Shown here piece after piece: positions 10,101 to 21,600 of a stretch of DNA of 64,000 nucleotides. This stretch comes from Caecitellus pseudoparvulus (lineage: Eukaryota > Protista > Bigyra: Bicosoecida), in assembly GCA_965644315.1 (NCBI GenBank), contig CBFFRQ010000037.1, forward strand, positions 53,649 through 117,648, given 5' to 3'. The translations under genes were made by a program, and so were the position numbers. Numbering within the stretch: position 1 is the stretch's first letter; every line of letters starts with the position of its first letter. The notes beneath the pieces were generated by a model. It ran no database searches and was not told the origin of the DNA. It saw only the letters and a list, made by a program, of their open reading frames with translations.

Positions 10101-12602
10101 CTACATACGTGAGCCAACGCTCAGGCCGTCCTCATCACACGTGATGCCTTCATCGCTGTCAAACGTGAGGTCAATAATGACACTTCCGCCTCTGCAGCCT
10201 TGGCTGGCATCTTGCCTGGCAGCTTTGCATCCCCCGCGAGCCCGCTCGCGAGCTGGACGCCGACGCTTGGTCCCACGCCCTCGACGGGCACCTGACATCT
10301 GAGAAGTCGAGGGAGGGGTGCAGTCAGTGGATACAGACAATGTCCAAGCGTCGTCCAAAGTGACATTGGGCGTGGCCAGGCCGAGAGCTCTGGCAAGCCG
10401 GCTGTCCGCTCCGAGCTCGAACTCTTGCAGGCACTTGAGGGTGGCGAATGTGAGTGCATCCAGGCCCCAGGCTTGGGCTTGCGTTCGAAGGTGGCCAGCG
10501 TCAGGACGAACTCGGAAGCGTGAGGGGGGGTGACTGCTGGAGCTGGCCGCAGGCTGTGCCTCCACCCTTCCACGGGCCAGCTGGCAGCCAGCGGCGTATG
10601 CGTGCGAAATGAGCCAGGCAGTCTCATTTCCACAGTCTGGGAAGGGAAACTCCGGTACAATGCGCACACTTGAAGGCTTCAGTAAGTCCTTTGCCTGCTG
10701 CGGCCACAGGTCAGCGGGCAACGCCACCCAGAACTGCTGGTAGCGAGCCAGGACGCCCATCGCTTCAGCAACTTTGAGCACACCTTCGAGCTGGGAGTCA
10801 CGACAGTCACACATCACACGTACCATGCACACACTGCGCAACCAGCGCTGTGCAGTTTCATGGCCCCAGCCATCTTTCACAGCTCGCAACACTTTAGCAA
10901 CCTCCAGACCATTTGAGTCTGACGCACTTCGCCCAGCCAATGCTGCCAAAGTGAAGACATGGGGCACTTGGGCCTTAAGAAGATACTGTAATCCTATGGC
11001 CAAGCACTGAACAGGTTGGAGGGGCTCGTGGGATACAGCAGCTGGCGGCTTGGCGGCGGGGGACGAGACCTCCCCCGCACAGTGAGACACCGCCACTGCC
11101 CTCCCTGGTTCCGTGCAAATGGGTTTGTCGAGCAGGAACTCAGTTGGGAACGAGAACTGCGTGGCACCTTTGCTTGTGCACGCCATGGCCCACTGAGTGC
11201 TGATGGTCTGCCCAACGGCGAAGGCGATTAGCTCCGCCCGCGCACTCTCGCTGACACATGAGCCCGGCAGCTGCAGAGCCTGCCAAGGGCCCTCACCTGC
11301 TGTGGTGCAGATTCTCGTGGGACCAGCAAAAACAAGGTCTGATAGACACCTCAAGATGTCGTCCTCCTTTGCTTCGGACAAGCTAGATACGAGCTCGCGA
11401 AAGGCCTGCGGCGCGGCGATTGCCGAGGTCAGAACCCACTCCAGCAAGCAAACGCTCATGAGGTGTGCCTGAAGCTGCGCATGGATAAACTCTTGTCGTG
11501 GAATTTCAAAGTCGGTGCGACGGGGGATGCTTTTGTGCAGGTTGTCCAGCTCTGCGTTCAGGGCTTGCGTTGCTGCCTCGAGAAATGCAGGCTCCAGCTG
11601 CAGTTCGTACAGAACTGCTGGGCGAGTAGAGGTGCCAATTCTCGCAGCGCCAGTCGCATACACGAGCGCACAAAGCGCGTGTACGATCTTGCACCAGTGC
11701 TGCTCGCCCTGAGGGTTGAAGCCCTGCCGCGCGATGGGGGGATGTCGAGGTATGAGGGCCAGGGACTTGCCAGCCACAATTGCTGCCAAGGGCGAGCTGC
11801 CTGTACCGCCCGCCCGCCCCTGGATGAAGGCAGACTCGCCCAGCGCGACAAGCACTGGAGCTGGCGAGTGTTTGCCACGTCTCCCCTGCAGCAAGACAAT
11901 GGCGGCAGCTGTGTCAGTGCTGCCGTTGCGACGGGCGCGAATGAGGCTCAGAGTCTCTGCATCGTGGCTGCCGCGGTCGACACAAAACAGACACGCGCCT
12001 TGCAGGCCGAGCAAGCCCGGACCAGCACGAAGTCCTGCAGGGCAGTCTATTCTTCTTGGGAACCTTGGCAGAGTGAACGTTGGCGCCGTCCACTCGGCGC
12101 ACGTCGCTCCAAGCCCTCGGAGCTGGCTCTGCCGACCACCCTCGGAGATGTCCATCCGAAACCGAGCCAGCAGCACGGACACGTCCCGAGAAGCTGGCGA
12201 CTGAACGCCGCCCACCTGCGGATGTTGCTCAGGTGCCGCCAATGTTGGGCCTGCGCGCAGCACAGTGGAGGCGGTGCTGCAGCTGCGAGGGGAAGCCGTG
12301 CCGTCGTCTGGCCGGGTCATGGGCAACGTGTCGGTAGTGGATGCCGGCGACGCCGGCAGTCCCCCTTGCTGGAATGCCATGAAAGCAGCTCGATGACAGA
12401 GCAGCACTGTCTGCCGGGCCTCCGCCACGAGGCGCAGGGCGAAGGTCTTCCCCGTGCCGCTCTGTCCGACGAGAATGGCCGACGGGGGCGGCATGTTGCG
12501 GAAGACGAGAGTGCCCGCACCTTGCACTGCTAGGAGGGAGTCCTGCAGGGCAGTTGTGGGGGGAACGCCTCGGGCACGACCAGATGCGCGCCCAAAGCTC
12601 AT
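10101..12602 (-). CDS. Divergent P-loop NTPase-like protein with C-terminal NLS and SIM-like motif (start uncertain; frame open to 12932)
   Basis: Walker A AILVGQSGTGKT (12444-12467); basic ARRGRGTKRRRP; VIIDLTFDSDE near the C-terminus. Confidence 0.55.
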   Translation of the reverse strand: MSFGRASGRARGVPPTTALQDSLLAVQGAGTLVFRNMPPPSAILVGQSGTGKTFALRLVAEARQTVLLCHRAAFMAFQQGGLPASPASTTDTLPMTRPDDGTASPRSCSTASTVLRAGPTLAAPEQHPQVGGVQSPASRDVSVLLARFRMDISEGGRQSQLRGLGATCAEWTAPTFTLPRFPRRIDCPAGLRAGPGLLGLQGACLFCVDRGSHDAETLSLIRARRNGSTDTAAAIVLLQGRRGKHSPAPVLVALGESAFIQGRAGGTGSSPLAAIVAGKSLALIPRHPPIARQGFNPQGEQHWCKIVHALCALVYATGAARIGTSTRPAVLYELQLEPAFLEAATQALNAELDNLHKSIPRRTDFEIPRQEFIHAQLQAHLMSVCLLEWVLTSAIAAPQAFRELVSSLSEAKEDDILRCLSDLVFAGPTRICTTAGEGPWQALQLPGSCVSESARAELIAFAVGQTISTQWAMACTSKGATQFSFPTEFLLDKPICTEPGRAVAVSHCAGEVSSPAAKPPAAVSHEPLQPVQCLAIGLQYLLKAQVPHVFTLAALAGRSASDSNGLEVAKVLRAVKDGWGHETAQRWLRSVCMVRVMCDCRDSQLEGVLKVAEAMGVLARYQQFWVALPADLWPQQAKDLLKPSSVRIVPEFPFPDCGNETAWLISHAYAAGCQLARGRVEAQPAASSSSHPPSRFRVRPDAGHLRTQAQAWGLDALTFATLKCLQEFELGADSRLARALGLATPNVTLDDAWTLSVSTDCTPPSTSQMSGARRGRGTKRRRPARERARGGCKAARQDASQGCRGGSVIIDLTFDSDEGITCDEDGLSVGSRM

Positions 12603-13861
12603 GGCCAGAGAGGCCGTGCCGTGCAGTGTGTTGGCTGGCACGGCTTTGGCCAGCAGAGCGCGCAGAACCTTGAAGTCGCCTGCAAGGGCCGCGAGGGGCG
12701 TGCCGTGAGTGAAAGTGGCGGAGTCAGATACAATCGCGAGTAAATTATCTGTCTCGGGACGTACAGCGGGCTGACATTGCGTGCGTCCGAGTAGAGGAGG
12801 GGGAGGCTCGCGAGGTTGCGAGGGGCACTTTGCCGAAGAGACACGACAACGCAGCTGAGAGGTCAGACGAGCGCGAAAGAGCACAGTATGACGAAGTGAC
12901 AGGAAATGAAGAAGGAAATTAAGCGTTTGCACAGCAAGGCGTGTTTGTGAATGTGAGGGAAGTCGGTGAATGCCCCGGTGTCGCGCTGGCGTAGCTTGCG
13001 CAGGTAGAGCTGTGGATGACCCTCCAGCATCCCTACGACGGCATCAAGAGAGTCCAGGGGCCATTTCTTGATGTCCTGGTATTTAAACTTGACAAATCCC
13101 CCGTCTGGGCTTCAATTAGAGCTGAAATAGTCCCGTGGAGCTGAGAAAAGCGCCTCAAAAGAGAGTGGATTTCAATTTCCGCAAGTGTCCACCACGCCAA
13201 GCCCGCATGCCAGCCGAAACCTAGGAGTGATACGCGCTATTGCCGCCATGAGACGTATTTCTTGGGAAAATGTTTGAGCAGATATTTCTACGAAGATTCA
13301 ATACTCCGATGAAGTCGCTCTGCGGCGCCCGTGATGCATGCTTGTAAGTGCTGGTGCGCGTTGCCTTCCATGGATTCCGATGGATTCACGAATACGGTTG
13401 ATCAATGAATCCCGCGTGATGCTTCAAGCACCTTGCGAGACTTTTCTGGAGGATTTGGGTCATAAGCACAGTCACTGGAAGACCACATCTCAGATTCTCA
13501 AGTAGTTTATCAGCGTTTTGACGTAGAGCACACCTCACGTGCACTCGGATGCCACTTCTCGGAGTTTGTTTCTCACATCGTGAGCACAAAATGCCGGTAT
13601 TTTTCATTTCAGAAAAGGAGGGCCGCCGAATCACCCTACCTTCAACACGTAAAGCCACCCTCTCACTGCCGTCTCGATCTGCGGGCTGGTTTTACGTCTC
13701 CGCCTGTGCAGCCCACCACACAAGGCCTCGCGCACCACGCCGAACTGTGCCCTGGCGTGGGAGTTTATTCCACTGCTAGGCAGTTCCGCAGCACCCTAGC
13801 GCAGGTGGGCACAGCTAGCTGTAACCGAACGTCTTTCCGCTTGTTACGGCCTTCATTGCAC

Positions 13862-15034
13862 ATGGAGGCGTACGATGTGAGGCAGGTGTGTGCCGTGTGC
13901 GAGGAGCGATTTCCGCAGCGTCCCGCGCATCTCTTTTGCCCCTCCCCATGTCTGCACAGATCGGCCGGATCGGCGCAGGGGCCCAGGTTATCTTATTTGC
14001 ATTCATTGCTGCTGGTGAGTGGCGGCAGGCGCAGGGGGCGCCCACTGCGTGTCCCTGGCATGCCATGCGCTTCACACCACCGAATTGTCTGGCCTTGCGC
14101 AGTGGAGCTGTCTGCGTTCTCCATCGACGGGGCCGAGTCCAACCCCCACACGTTCAAGTTCGGGTGGATTCTAAACTTTCTCACCCTGTGGAACCTGCTG
14201 AACCAGTCGCTGTACATGACCTTCTCTGCCGTGACGGCGTTCTGCGTTTGGCGGGATCTGGGCGCAACAACGAAACGCTCCGCTGTGCTGGGCGCTGGTG
14301 ACTCCTCCCTGCAGGCCCTGCGTGCGCCATGGGGCGATCAGGACCCCGAGGAGGCTGCTCGGCCTGTCACGGGTTACTGTGCCCAGTGCCTGTCGGCTTC
14401 CGGCAATTCCCAAGCTGACTTTGGCTGGCAGCGTTTCGCTGACAAGCATCTGAGTGACTCCACCAAAACCTTGCTGCAACACCGCGACAGGTGGTTCCAC
14501 CTGGTGCTGGTGTCGGGCACCATCGTCGGGATTGGGTTCTGGTGTGTGTTGTTCCCTCATCCTGCTGTTCGGGGTCGGTACTTCAAGCCCGGCAGCGTGT
14601 TCCTGACAGTTCGCACAGTGCTGGACCACGGCTTCACCACCGCTGCCATTTGGTCAGATGCATTGCTGGTGCGGCACAGGGGCGACGCCCGTGCCCTGTG
14701 GGGGTACCTCCTCACCACCACCTATGGCGTGGCGTACTGCGTGTGGAACGTACTCATTTGTGCGCCCATCAACCACCGCTTTGCATACCCCAGCGTGCAA
14801 GTGGGCATCTCGAAACTGCACCCCGCCATTCAGTTCCTGCTCTACGCCGGAGTGGCAGGCCTATTTCCTGCACTGTACACGGTCTTCCGCATGGCGCTGA
14901 CGCGGTACTGGCGTCGGGGAGGGGGGCACCAAGCCTCGGGAGGGGGGGGTCTTGAGTTCGAGCCGGTGTCATCTGCCCCCCCCTCCACGGCCAGTGCCCC
15001 TCAGCAACCGGCCAAGACACGACTGCTCTTCTGA
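13862..15034 (+). CDS. FAR-17a/AIG1/ADTRP-like multi-pass membrane protein; introns 13886-13959, 14015-14102
   Basis: FLTLWNLLNQSLY resembles the catalytic-Thr motif and LDHGF the catalytic-His region. About six hydrophobic helices; late AYP motif. The two introns give the frame MEAYDVRQ-IGRIGAGAQVILFAFIAA-VELSAF. Confidence 0.7.
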   Translation: MEAYDVRQVCAVCEERFPQRPAHLFCPSPCLHRSAGSAQGPRLSYLHSLLLVSGGRRRGRPLRVPGMPCASHHRIVWPCAVELSAFSIDGAESNPHTFKFGWILNFLTLWNLLNQSLYMTFSAVTAFCVWRDLGATTKRSAVLGAGDSSLQALRAPWGDQDPEEAARPVTGYCAQCLSASGNSQADFGWQRFADKHLSDSTKTLLQHRDRWFHLVLVSGTIVGIGFWCVLFPHPAVRGRYFKPGSVFLTVRTVLDHGFTTAAIWSDALLVRHRGDARALWGYLLTTTYGVAYCVWNVLICAPINHRFAYPSVQVGISKLHPAIQFLLYAGVAGLFPALYTVFRMALTRYWRRGGGHQASGGGGLEFEPVSSAPPSTASAPQQPAKTRLLF

Positions 15035-15137
15035 AGCGAATGCACTGCACAGCGTGTTTGTGAGAAGCTGGTTTGAGCACGCCACCTCGACTTGACCCAA
15101 GGCTCGGCAGGTCGCAGCGTTGGTCGCACGCTCAAGC

Positions 15138-16248
15138 TCACCCAAACCGCCCCTTCCACGACGGCTCCCGCATCTCAGGCACAGCCCCCGCCTTTCCACG
15201 GGGCACAGCAGCTGCCGCATGCCTTGGCCTGTTGGATGCCGCCCCCGTTGGAGGTGGCGAGCGACTGCGGTGCCGCCGCCTCTCCGAGGTGTGCTGCGAT
15301 CGCTGACTAGAGCTCCCATCACGATGCGACCTATAACGGGAGCCTTCGTCGCGATGCGACCGATGACGGGAGCCTTCGTCGCGATGCGATCGATGACGGG
15401 AGCCCTCGTCGCGATGCGATCGATGACGGGAGCCCTCATCACGATGCGATCTATGCTTGTGCTTGTGCTTGTGTTTGCGCTTATGTTTGCGATCTTTGGT
15501 CGCGTCGTCATCCGCTGAGCGAGGCAGCAAGCCCAGAGCCGCCGCCTCCGCAGCCGCCGCGCCGTACACGGGTCCCGAGGCGACGGCATCCCGCAGGGTC
15601 TGGAGACGCTCTTGCTCGGCAACTGCTCCAGCCTGCCAGGGCCGGGTCTGTCCAGGCTGTGCCGGGGCTGTGGCCTGGTCGGGGTGCTGTCCCCCCCCAC
15701 TGCGCCCAGTGTGTACGTTGACGCCGTGGGCCAGGGTGGCGGCACCACGCAGCTTGTCGGCAGTGTAGGTGAGGCCGGGCTGTGCCTCGGGGATGGGGGC
15801 CTGATTGCCGTCTTCGTCCTTCTTCTCGCGGGGCGGGCGGTACTCCCACTTGTGGTCCACGCTCAGCGTGCGGCCCAGGAGAGTGGCGCCGGTGAAATTG
15901 TCCACGGCCAGTACGCCACTACGCCAGTCCTCGTACTTGATGAAGGCGAAGCCCTTGCTCACGCCAGTGGCGTCGTCCCGCACCAAGTGGATGTCTTCTA
16001 TCTCCCCCCACTGCGACATGACCGCTAGGACGTCGCCTTCCGTCAGGCGAGCGCTCAGGCCGCCGACAAACACCCACGGACGCCCCTTGTACTGCATGTG
16101 CCATGAGGCGGAAAAGGGCACGCCTGCGGGACGAAGAACGCGAGATTAGGTTAAACACCGCATATGCATGGATCTTGTGTGCAAAGGCTGCCGCACCATG
16201 GCTCAGTTCCTTCGCGTTGATCTTCCGAATGTGCTCCACACGGTCCAT
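15138..16248 (-). CDS. RBMX2: RES complex RRM protein RBMX2/Ist3/Snu17; intron 16124-16196
   Basis: Spliced MDRVEHIRKINAKELSHG-VPFSASWHMQYK; RRM WVFVGGL...LTEGDVLAVMSQWGEI...SKGFAFIKYEDWRSGVLAVDNF...GRTLSVDH. Confidence 0.93.
15310..15490 (-). repeat. 30-bp coding tandem repeat (about 4.5 units, RHRSHRDEGS) followed by a (HK)n hexamer repeat
   Basis: Repeated cgatgcgatcgatgacgggagcc(c/t)tcgtcg units and (gtgctt)n inside the RBMX2 C-terminus. Confidence 0.9.
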
Positions 16249-16596
16249 TGCGGAAATTGCTTCACAGGCAACGGCACACGTCGTCACAGGGGCTGCCTGA
16301 AGCAAGCCACGCCTACACAGGTGTCTTTGGGTCCATGGTCGGCACTTCCATTCTGCATTTGTGCTCAGGGCAGATTGAAATATGATGTGGCGGACTTTTT
16401 TCGCCTCCCTGTCCAAGTCAGGGTCAGGTTTCGCTACTTGCCGCGAATTAGCGCAATGAGGCAAGAGCACCCAGTGAAGAGGGGCAGCAGAAAACAGCAA
16501 TCATGGGCCCATCCTTCCCATTGAGCTGCATTCTTCCGGCTCTCCTCGGCATAGGCTCAAATCTCACTGCGCCAGAGAACAACTGCGCCGCTGCGT

Positions 16597-18360
16597 TCAC
16601 CGACCCGTCATGTGGCCGCCACATACGCGCAATGTCTGCCCTGTGACTCCTGCTGACTCCGGCAGGGCCAGCGCAGTCACCGCAGCTGCAATGTCGAAAG
16701 GCAGCCCGCCCTGGGACAGGCAGTTGGCGCGGCGGCCCACTTCCGACACCAGCAGGGGCAGCGCAGCAGTCATGTCAGTGTCGATGAAGCCTGGCGCGAC
16801 GGCGTTTGCTGTGGCGCCATACGGTGCCAAGTATGGGGCCAGGGCGGCAGCATACCCCATCAGGCCGGATTTCTGCGCGTGAAGGTGAGTGTGGGCGTGT
16901 GGTGTGCGGTGGGGGCGCTGCGGCGTGAAACGCACCGTGAACGCGTAATTCGTCTGTCCAAAAGCGCCTGCAATGCCGTTGATACTGGACAACGTCACAT
17001 GACGGCCGCCTGGGCGCAGGAGACACCCCGAGTCAAGGTGAGCTGCCCGTGAGTCTGGCGGGGGGGGTGAGGCCCCCCCTCTCGCCACGGCGTGAGCAGC
17101 TGACGCGGCAGCCAGTGTGTCCGGCGTGATTCCCAACGCTGCGTCAACGCTGTGGATGCCAGCTAGGTTCAGCGCCAGCACGTCGTGCACTGCCGCTGGG
17201 CTCATGCGTTTCAGCGTTTTGTCCGCTGTGCGCCCTGCGTTGTGCACGACAACGTCCACTCCGCCGTACAGGTCGCCAAGAGTTGTCGCAAGGGCAGACA
17301 CATCAGCCTGCTGCGTTACGTCTCCCGTCAGCAACAGACCACGCCCCCCCGGCAACACCTCCACGGTTTGGCGCAGCTGCACCTCCTGAGACGGCAGGTC
17401 CATGGCCAGGACATGGGCGCCACTGGCAGCCAGGTGCCAAGCAATTGCCGCGCCGATGCCCCGGGCGGCCCCCGTCACGAGGGCCACCTTCCCAGCCAGG
17501 GACAATGGTGCGTTGCCAGAGCCGCTGTCACTGACTCCACGGCCCCCAGCACCCTGCTGCTGCGTTGCGTCAAAACGCAGGGGTGTGCGCCCGTCCGACG
17601 GCACAGCCGTCTTCGTGCTACCACCAGATGTTCCTCCTGTTGTTCCGTGTTCCGCGCCGTCAGGCAGGGCCAGTGCCGGTGCTGGGTGGAACTGTGGCTG
17701 AGTGGGGTCGGCCGATGTGCCCGCAGGCAACGCGACGTGGCGAGTCAACGACAGCACCTGCCCTGTGACAAACGCTGCCTGGGGCCGCAGGAGGAAGGAA
17801 AGGGGGCCTTGCAAGGGGAGGGGTGTGGAGGGGGGGGTCCCGCCCGGCAGGCGCAGCAAGTTCACTGTGCAGCCACGGGCTCCCACCTCCTTAGCAAGGG
17901 AACGCGTGAAGCCCTGGAGGCCCTCTTGAAACGCAGCAGCGACGGGGCACGGCAGAGTGGAGGAGTCAGTGCCCACGAGCACCACGCGGGCGTTGCGTGG
18001 TGCGTTGAGGACGCTCTGCTGCGTTGCGGTGAACAGCGCCTCAGCTGAGGCCAGGTCCTGCACGCCACTGCAGTCTACCAACAGGCCATGGCAAGCAGAG
18101 ACGTCTTGCGTGATGGTGGCTTGCTGCTGCTCCAGTGCCGAGCGGAGGGGGGTCGAGGGGGGGCTAGCAGCGCTTCCCGGCACCACAAGAGCCACCCGGC
18201 GGCCAGCCAAGAACTGGCCCTGTGCATAGTGGCAACGCGCAAACAGGCCCCGGTCAAGCTGGGACGGGACGGGGTAGCCCACACGTTTCAAGAGGGAGGG
18301 CAGGAGGGCAGAGGTGCCGGCTGCGAGCAGCTTGTCGCTTCGATTGCGTACTACCTCCAT
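16597..18360 (-). CDS. fabG4: High-molecular-weight 3-oxoacyl-ACP/CoA reductase (FabG4-type SDR); in-frame intron 16873-16935
   Basis: N-terminal extra domain (SDKLL...LLKRVGYPVP; ARVVLVG...LQGFTRSLAKEVGARGCTVNL), TGAARGIG, VHNAG.TADKTL, SSINGIAG.FGQTNYAFT|K, NAVAPGFIDTDMT, and C-terminal GQTLRVCG, all typical of FabG4. Confidence 0.85.
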   Translation of the reverse strand: MEVVRNRSDKLLAAGTSALLPSLLKRVGYPVPSQLDRGLFARCHYAQGQFLAGRRVALVVPGSAASPPSTPLRSALEQQQATITQDVSACHGLLVDCSGVQDLASAEALFTATQQSVLNAPRNARVVLVGTDSSTLPCPVAAAFQEGLQGFTRSLAKEVGARGCTVNLLRLPGGTPPSTPLPLQGPLSFLLRPQAAFVTGQVLSLTRHVALPAGTSADPTQPQFHPAPALALPDGAEHGTTGGTSGGSTKTAVPSDGRTPLRFDATQQQGAGGRGVSDSGSGNAPLSLAGKVALVTGAARGIGAAIAWHLAASGAHVLAMDLPSQEVQLRQTVEVLPGGRGLLLTGDVTQQADVSALATTLGDLYGGVDVVVHNAGRTADKTLKRMSPAAVHDVLALNLAGIHSVDAALGITPDTLAAASAAHAVARGGASPPPPDSRAAHLDSGCLLRPGGRHVTLSSINGIAGAFGQTNYAFTVRFTPQRPHRTPHAHTHLHAQKSGLMGYAAALAPYLAPYGATANAVAPGFIDTDMTAALPLLVSEVGRRANCLSQGGLPFDIAAAVTALALPESAGVTGQTLRVCGGHMTGR

Positions 18361-18681
18361 ACCTGCGGAATTTGCGCCGCCGGCAGACAGACAGCTGTTG
18401 CACAGTCCGACAAAGCCCGCTGCAGACAGGGACCGGGGAGGGGCTAGTCAGTGTCAACGCACGAAACGTAGGTCTTGCAGTTGTGGCTGTCTCCGTGCTC
18501 TGTTCAGAGCAGCGGGCCACGGGTGAGTGGGCAGCAGCACTGGCAGGCCGCGCGATCCAGCACTTTCCAACCCCCGGCAGCAATATACGAAACGCACAGC
18601 GCGCCCAGGCCGCGTGGTGTGTGCGTTGTGGACCCGGTCCCACTGCCACCCCGCACCTGGCTCCCTCCCAGCGCTTCAAAC

Positions 18682-21600
18682 ATGGTTCGTGTCTGCGCCA
18701 CCGTTGCTCTGCCCGCACACGCACACTAAGACCCACGCCGCCCCCCCCCTCACAGCCAGGGCAGAAGCGGTCCTTGTCCCCCAAGTCTGGCAGTGGCGAC
18801 GGCGCCGCTTCGCCGTCCGGCAAGCGCCCGCGGGGGGACGCTGGCACAGCTGACGATGGGAGCAGTGCAATTTCCGCTGCCAGCACGGCCGCCGATGTGG
18901 CGCAGCTGGCCCCCGGCGCCAGCCAGCGCGAGTTGGCGCTGCACATTGCACTGGTGGCAGAGGCGGCAAAGGGCAGCGGGCATGGCGAGGCGGGCGGTGG
19001 GCTGGCGAGTCTGGATGTGTTGGGTGGCTTCCTGAGCTGGGTGCAGAGCAAGACGCCAGGCTCGCTGCATCCGTTTTTGTTGGAGGTGGCTTTCGCCTTC
19101 TACGGGTGCCTGGGCACGGACCTGCTGAAGGCAGGGCGCAGCAAGGCTGCATTGTTGTTCGTGAAGCGTTTCGCGAGCTTCTTCGTGCACGCTCACGCTG
19201 TGGAGGTGCGGGAGCTGCGCATCGCTGCTGCGTCGGCAGTCTCGGGTGACAGTGTCACGACAAGTCACCCCAGCTTGGCACTGTGGGCAGGCGGCAGCCA
19301 ACAGTACACCGTGCGCATGCCACGTCTGGCGGTGCGTTTGGTGGAGCAGTTCGTGGAGCAGCCGGGGCAGGGGCCGCTGCGGGAGTGCCTGCAAAGCCGT
19401 GTGGCACTTGCGGAACTTGCGCCTGACACAGCCAAGGCGCTCACGCCAGCAGGGCATGCCTCGTCCAAAACCGTGGCTCCATCACTGCCCCTGACGTTCC
19501 ACTTGGCAGGTGGGGAAATGGGCACGTTCAGTGATGTTGACAACTTGGTGGCTGGGCGGCCGGTGTGGTGGGCGTCGTTTCACGAGGCAGGGCTGCTGCA
19601 CTGGTGCTTGGCGCAGTCGGGTGTGGAGGGCGCCTTCCTCGCCGCCATGCAGCGTGCGCTGGCCAAGCTGCCCCTCACTGCCAGCTGCATCCCCACAGCC
19701 ATGCTCCTGTTCGGCCTGCGTCCCGGGGCGGCTGGTGCTGCGTTGTTGCAGCACCGCAGCGGTGGCCTGAAGCCGTTCATGGCGCTGGTGGCGGGGAGTG
19801 TTCTGCATTCCCTCGTTGTTCCGGGTAGCCAGGTCATGGTGGGCAAGGCCCTGAGCAAAGACTTGCAGCAGGGCAAGACGGCGGCAGATGGCAGCATCAC
19901 CTTCGATCAGCCTGGGCACATCGCCACCACCATGCAAGCACAGGTGACAGGCATGAAGGCGGCTGCCGCAGCAGCAGCGGCAGCAGAGGGAAGGGACGGC
20001 AAGACCGCCACCGAGCGCCTGCACCGCTCCATCGGCACCTCCATCATTCGCTGCATGACGGATGCGGTGCAGGCCGTGCACCGGTGTGTGCAGGAGCGAC
20101 CGGATGACCCCCCCAACGGGGCAGCGGAGCCCCCCCCCCCACCACCCCCCGAAGATGTCCCCCCCGCCGCAGCCGGCGAGGCATGGACCGTTTCGGATGT
20201 AACGCAGGTGGGCGTTCCGGTGGTGCCGCCTGGGATCGCTGCCCCCGTCACGGTGGCCTGGGGGGTGGGGCGGGGGGCGGTGTCTGGCGCCTTTGCAGAC
20301 TCGACGGAGGCTGAGGGACGACCTGAGGTCGCGGCGGCAGTGACTCGCGCGCAAACGGCCGCGGAGGCCCAGCACATGTGGTTGACGGCGTCGGGGCAGG
20401 GGCGCGAGAAGGACTTGCACTTGCACCCGCTGGTCGCAGATGCGACCGGTGCGACTGGTGTCAGTGTGGGGGGGGGTGAGCCTGGGACACCCCCCCCTTC
20501 CCCCGGGTCTGAGGGGGGGGTTAGCGGGGCCCTGCGTCTGCCCCCCCACGCTCCGTCTGTGGCAGACCTGCCGCGTCTGGCGTTGGCGCAGGTCATGAGC
20601 CGAGCAAGTGCTGCGCAATTGCCCGGCGCCGTCAGCGACGACGTGTACGCTCGCATGGCCCTGGGCAGTGGCGCCGCCCCCGATGGCGAGGACGGGTTGC
20701 CGTCCATCGTCGCGTACACGTACGCGTGTGGGGGGGGCGCTGCCCTGGTCAGCTGCATGTCCATCGCGTCAGGTGAGGTGGGCGGGTCGCAGGGTGGGCA
20801 TGTCGCGGTGGTGGGGCGTGCCGATGGCAGCGTGCTGCTGCGGCGGTATGCATCAGCGACGGACCCGGTCATGGGGGACGAAGGCACGACCTCAGATCAT
20901 GCCGCCAAGGTCGCGTCGGCCCGCGGCATCGGACACGCCACCACCGTCACAGCCAGTGCAGTCTGTCCATCTGGCGTGGCCGCCGTGACGGGGGATGCCT
21001 CGGGGCAGTTGCTGCTGTGGAACACGACGTCGGAACACATGGCTGCACTGACTCCGGGGGACGCCGCAGTGGCACCCGGAACACACGTGCCTGACCCGGC
21101 CACACGGCCTGCCGTGGTGTACCAAGGTGTCGGTGGTGTGGGGGGGGGTGTGGGCGCCCCCCCCACCCCCTGGGCACTGGCCTGGAACCCAGCAGTGCAC
21201 TGCCTCTTCGCGAGTGGTGGGCGGCATGGACTGCTGAGGGTGTGGGCGACGCACCGCGTGACGCCCGTGCGGGAACTGCTGGGGCATGTGGGGGACGTCA
21301 CCGCGCTTGCCTGGCTGCCCAACGGCATGTACTTGGTTTCAGGGGGTGACGACGGCACTGTGCGGGTGTGGGATGTGGCGGCAGGGCAGTGTGCCCGCAT
21401 CTGTGTGCCGGGCGTGTCCCCCAGCACGGCGGCGGCGACGGCAGATTCGCCTCCTGCGCTGCAGGCGGTGAGTCCAATTTCCGCACTGGCCCTCTCCCCC
21501 GACGGTCAGTGGATCGCGGCCCTGCACCGCTGCGGCACGCTGCGTCTGTGGCACGTGGACGCCGCCGTGTGTGTGTGTGTCGTGCCGTATGCGCACGTGT

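Noticed and set aside
12444-12467. P-loop gene as a virophage/Polinton packaging ATPase or transposon gene
   Set aside because: No integrase, capsid, protease, polymerase or terminal inverted repeats are visible nearby, and GC is not strongly depressed across the ORF.
12860-13110. Minus-strand peptide-like stretch (PDGGFVKFKYQDIKKWPLDSLDAVVGMLEG...) in the lower-GC spacer
   Set aside because: It is short, has no convincing start or splice link and no recognisable family, so I cannot distinguish it from chance.
15310-15455. 30-bp direct repeats as a possible CRISPR array
   Set aside because: There are no unique spacers; the repeats are contiguous, in frame and encode the low-complexity RBMX2 tail.
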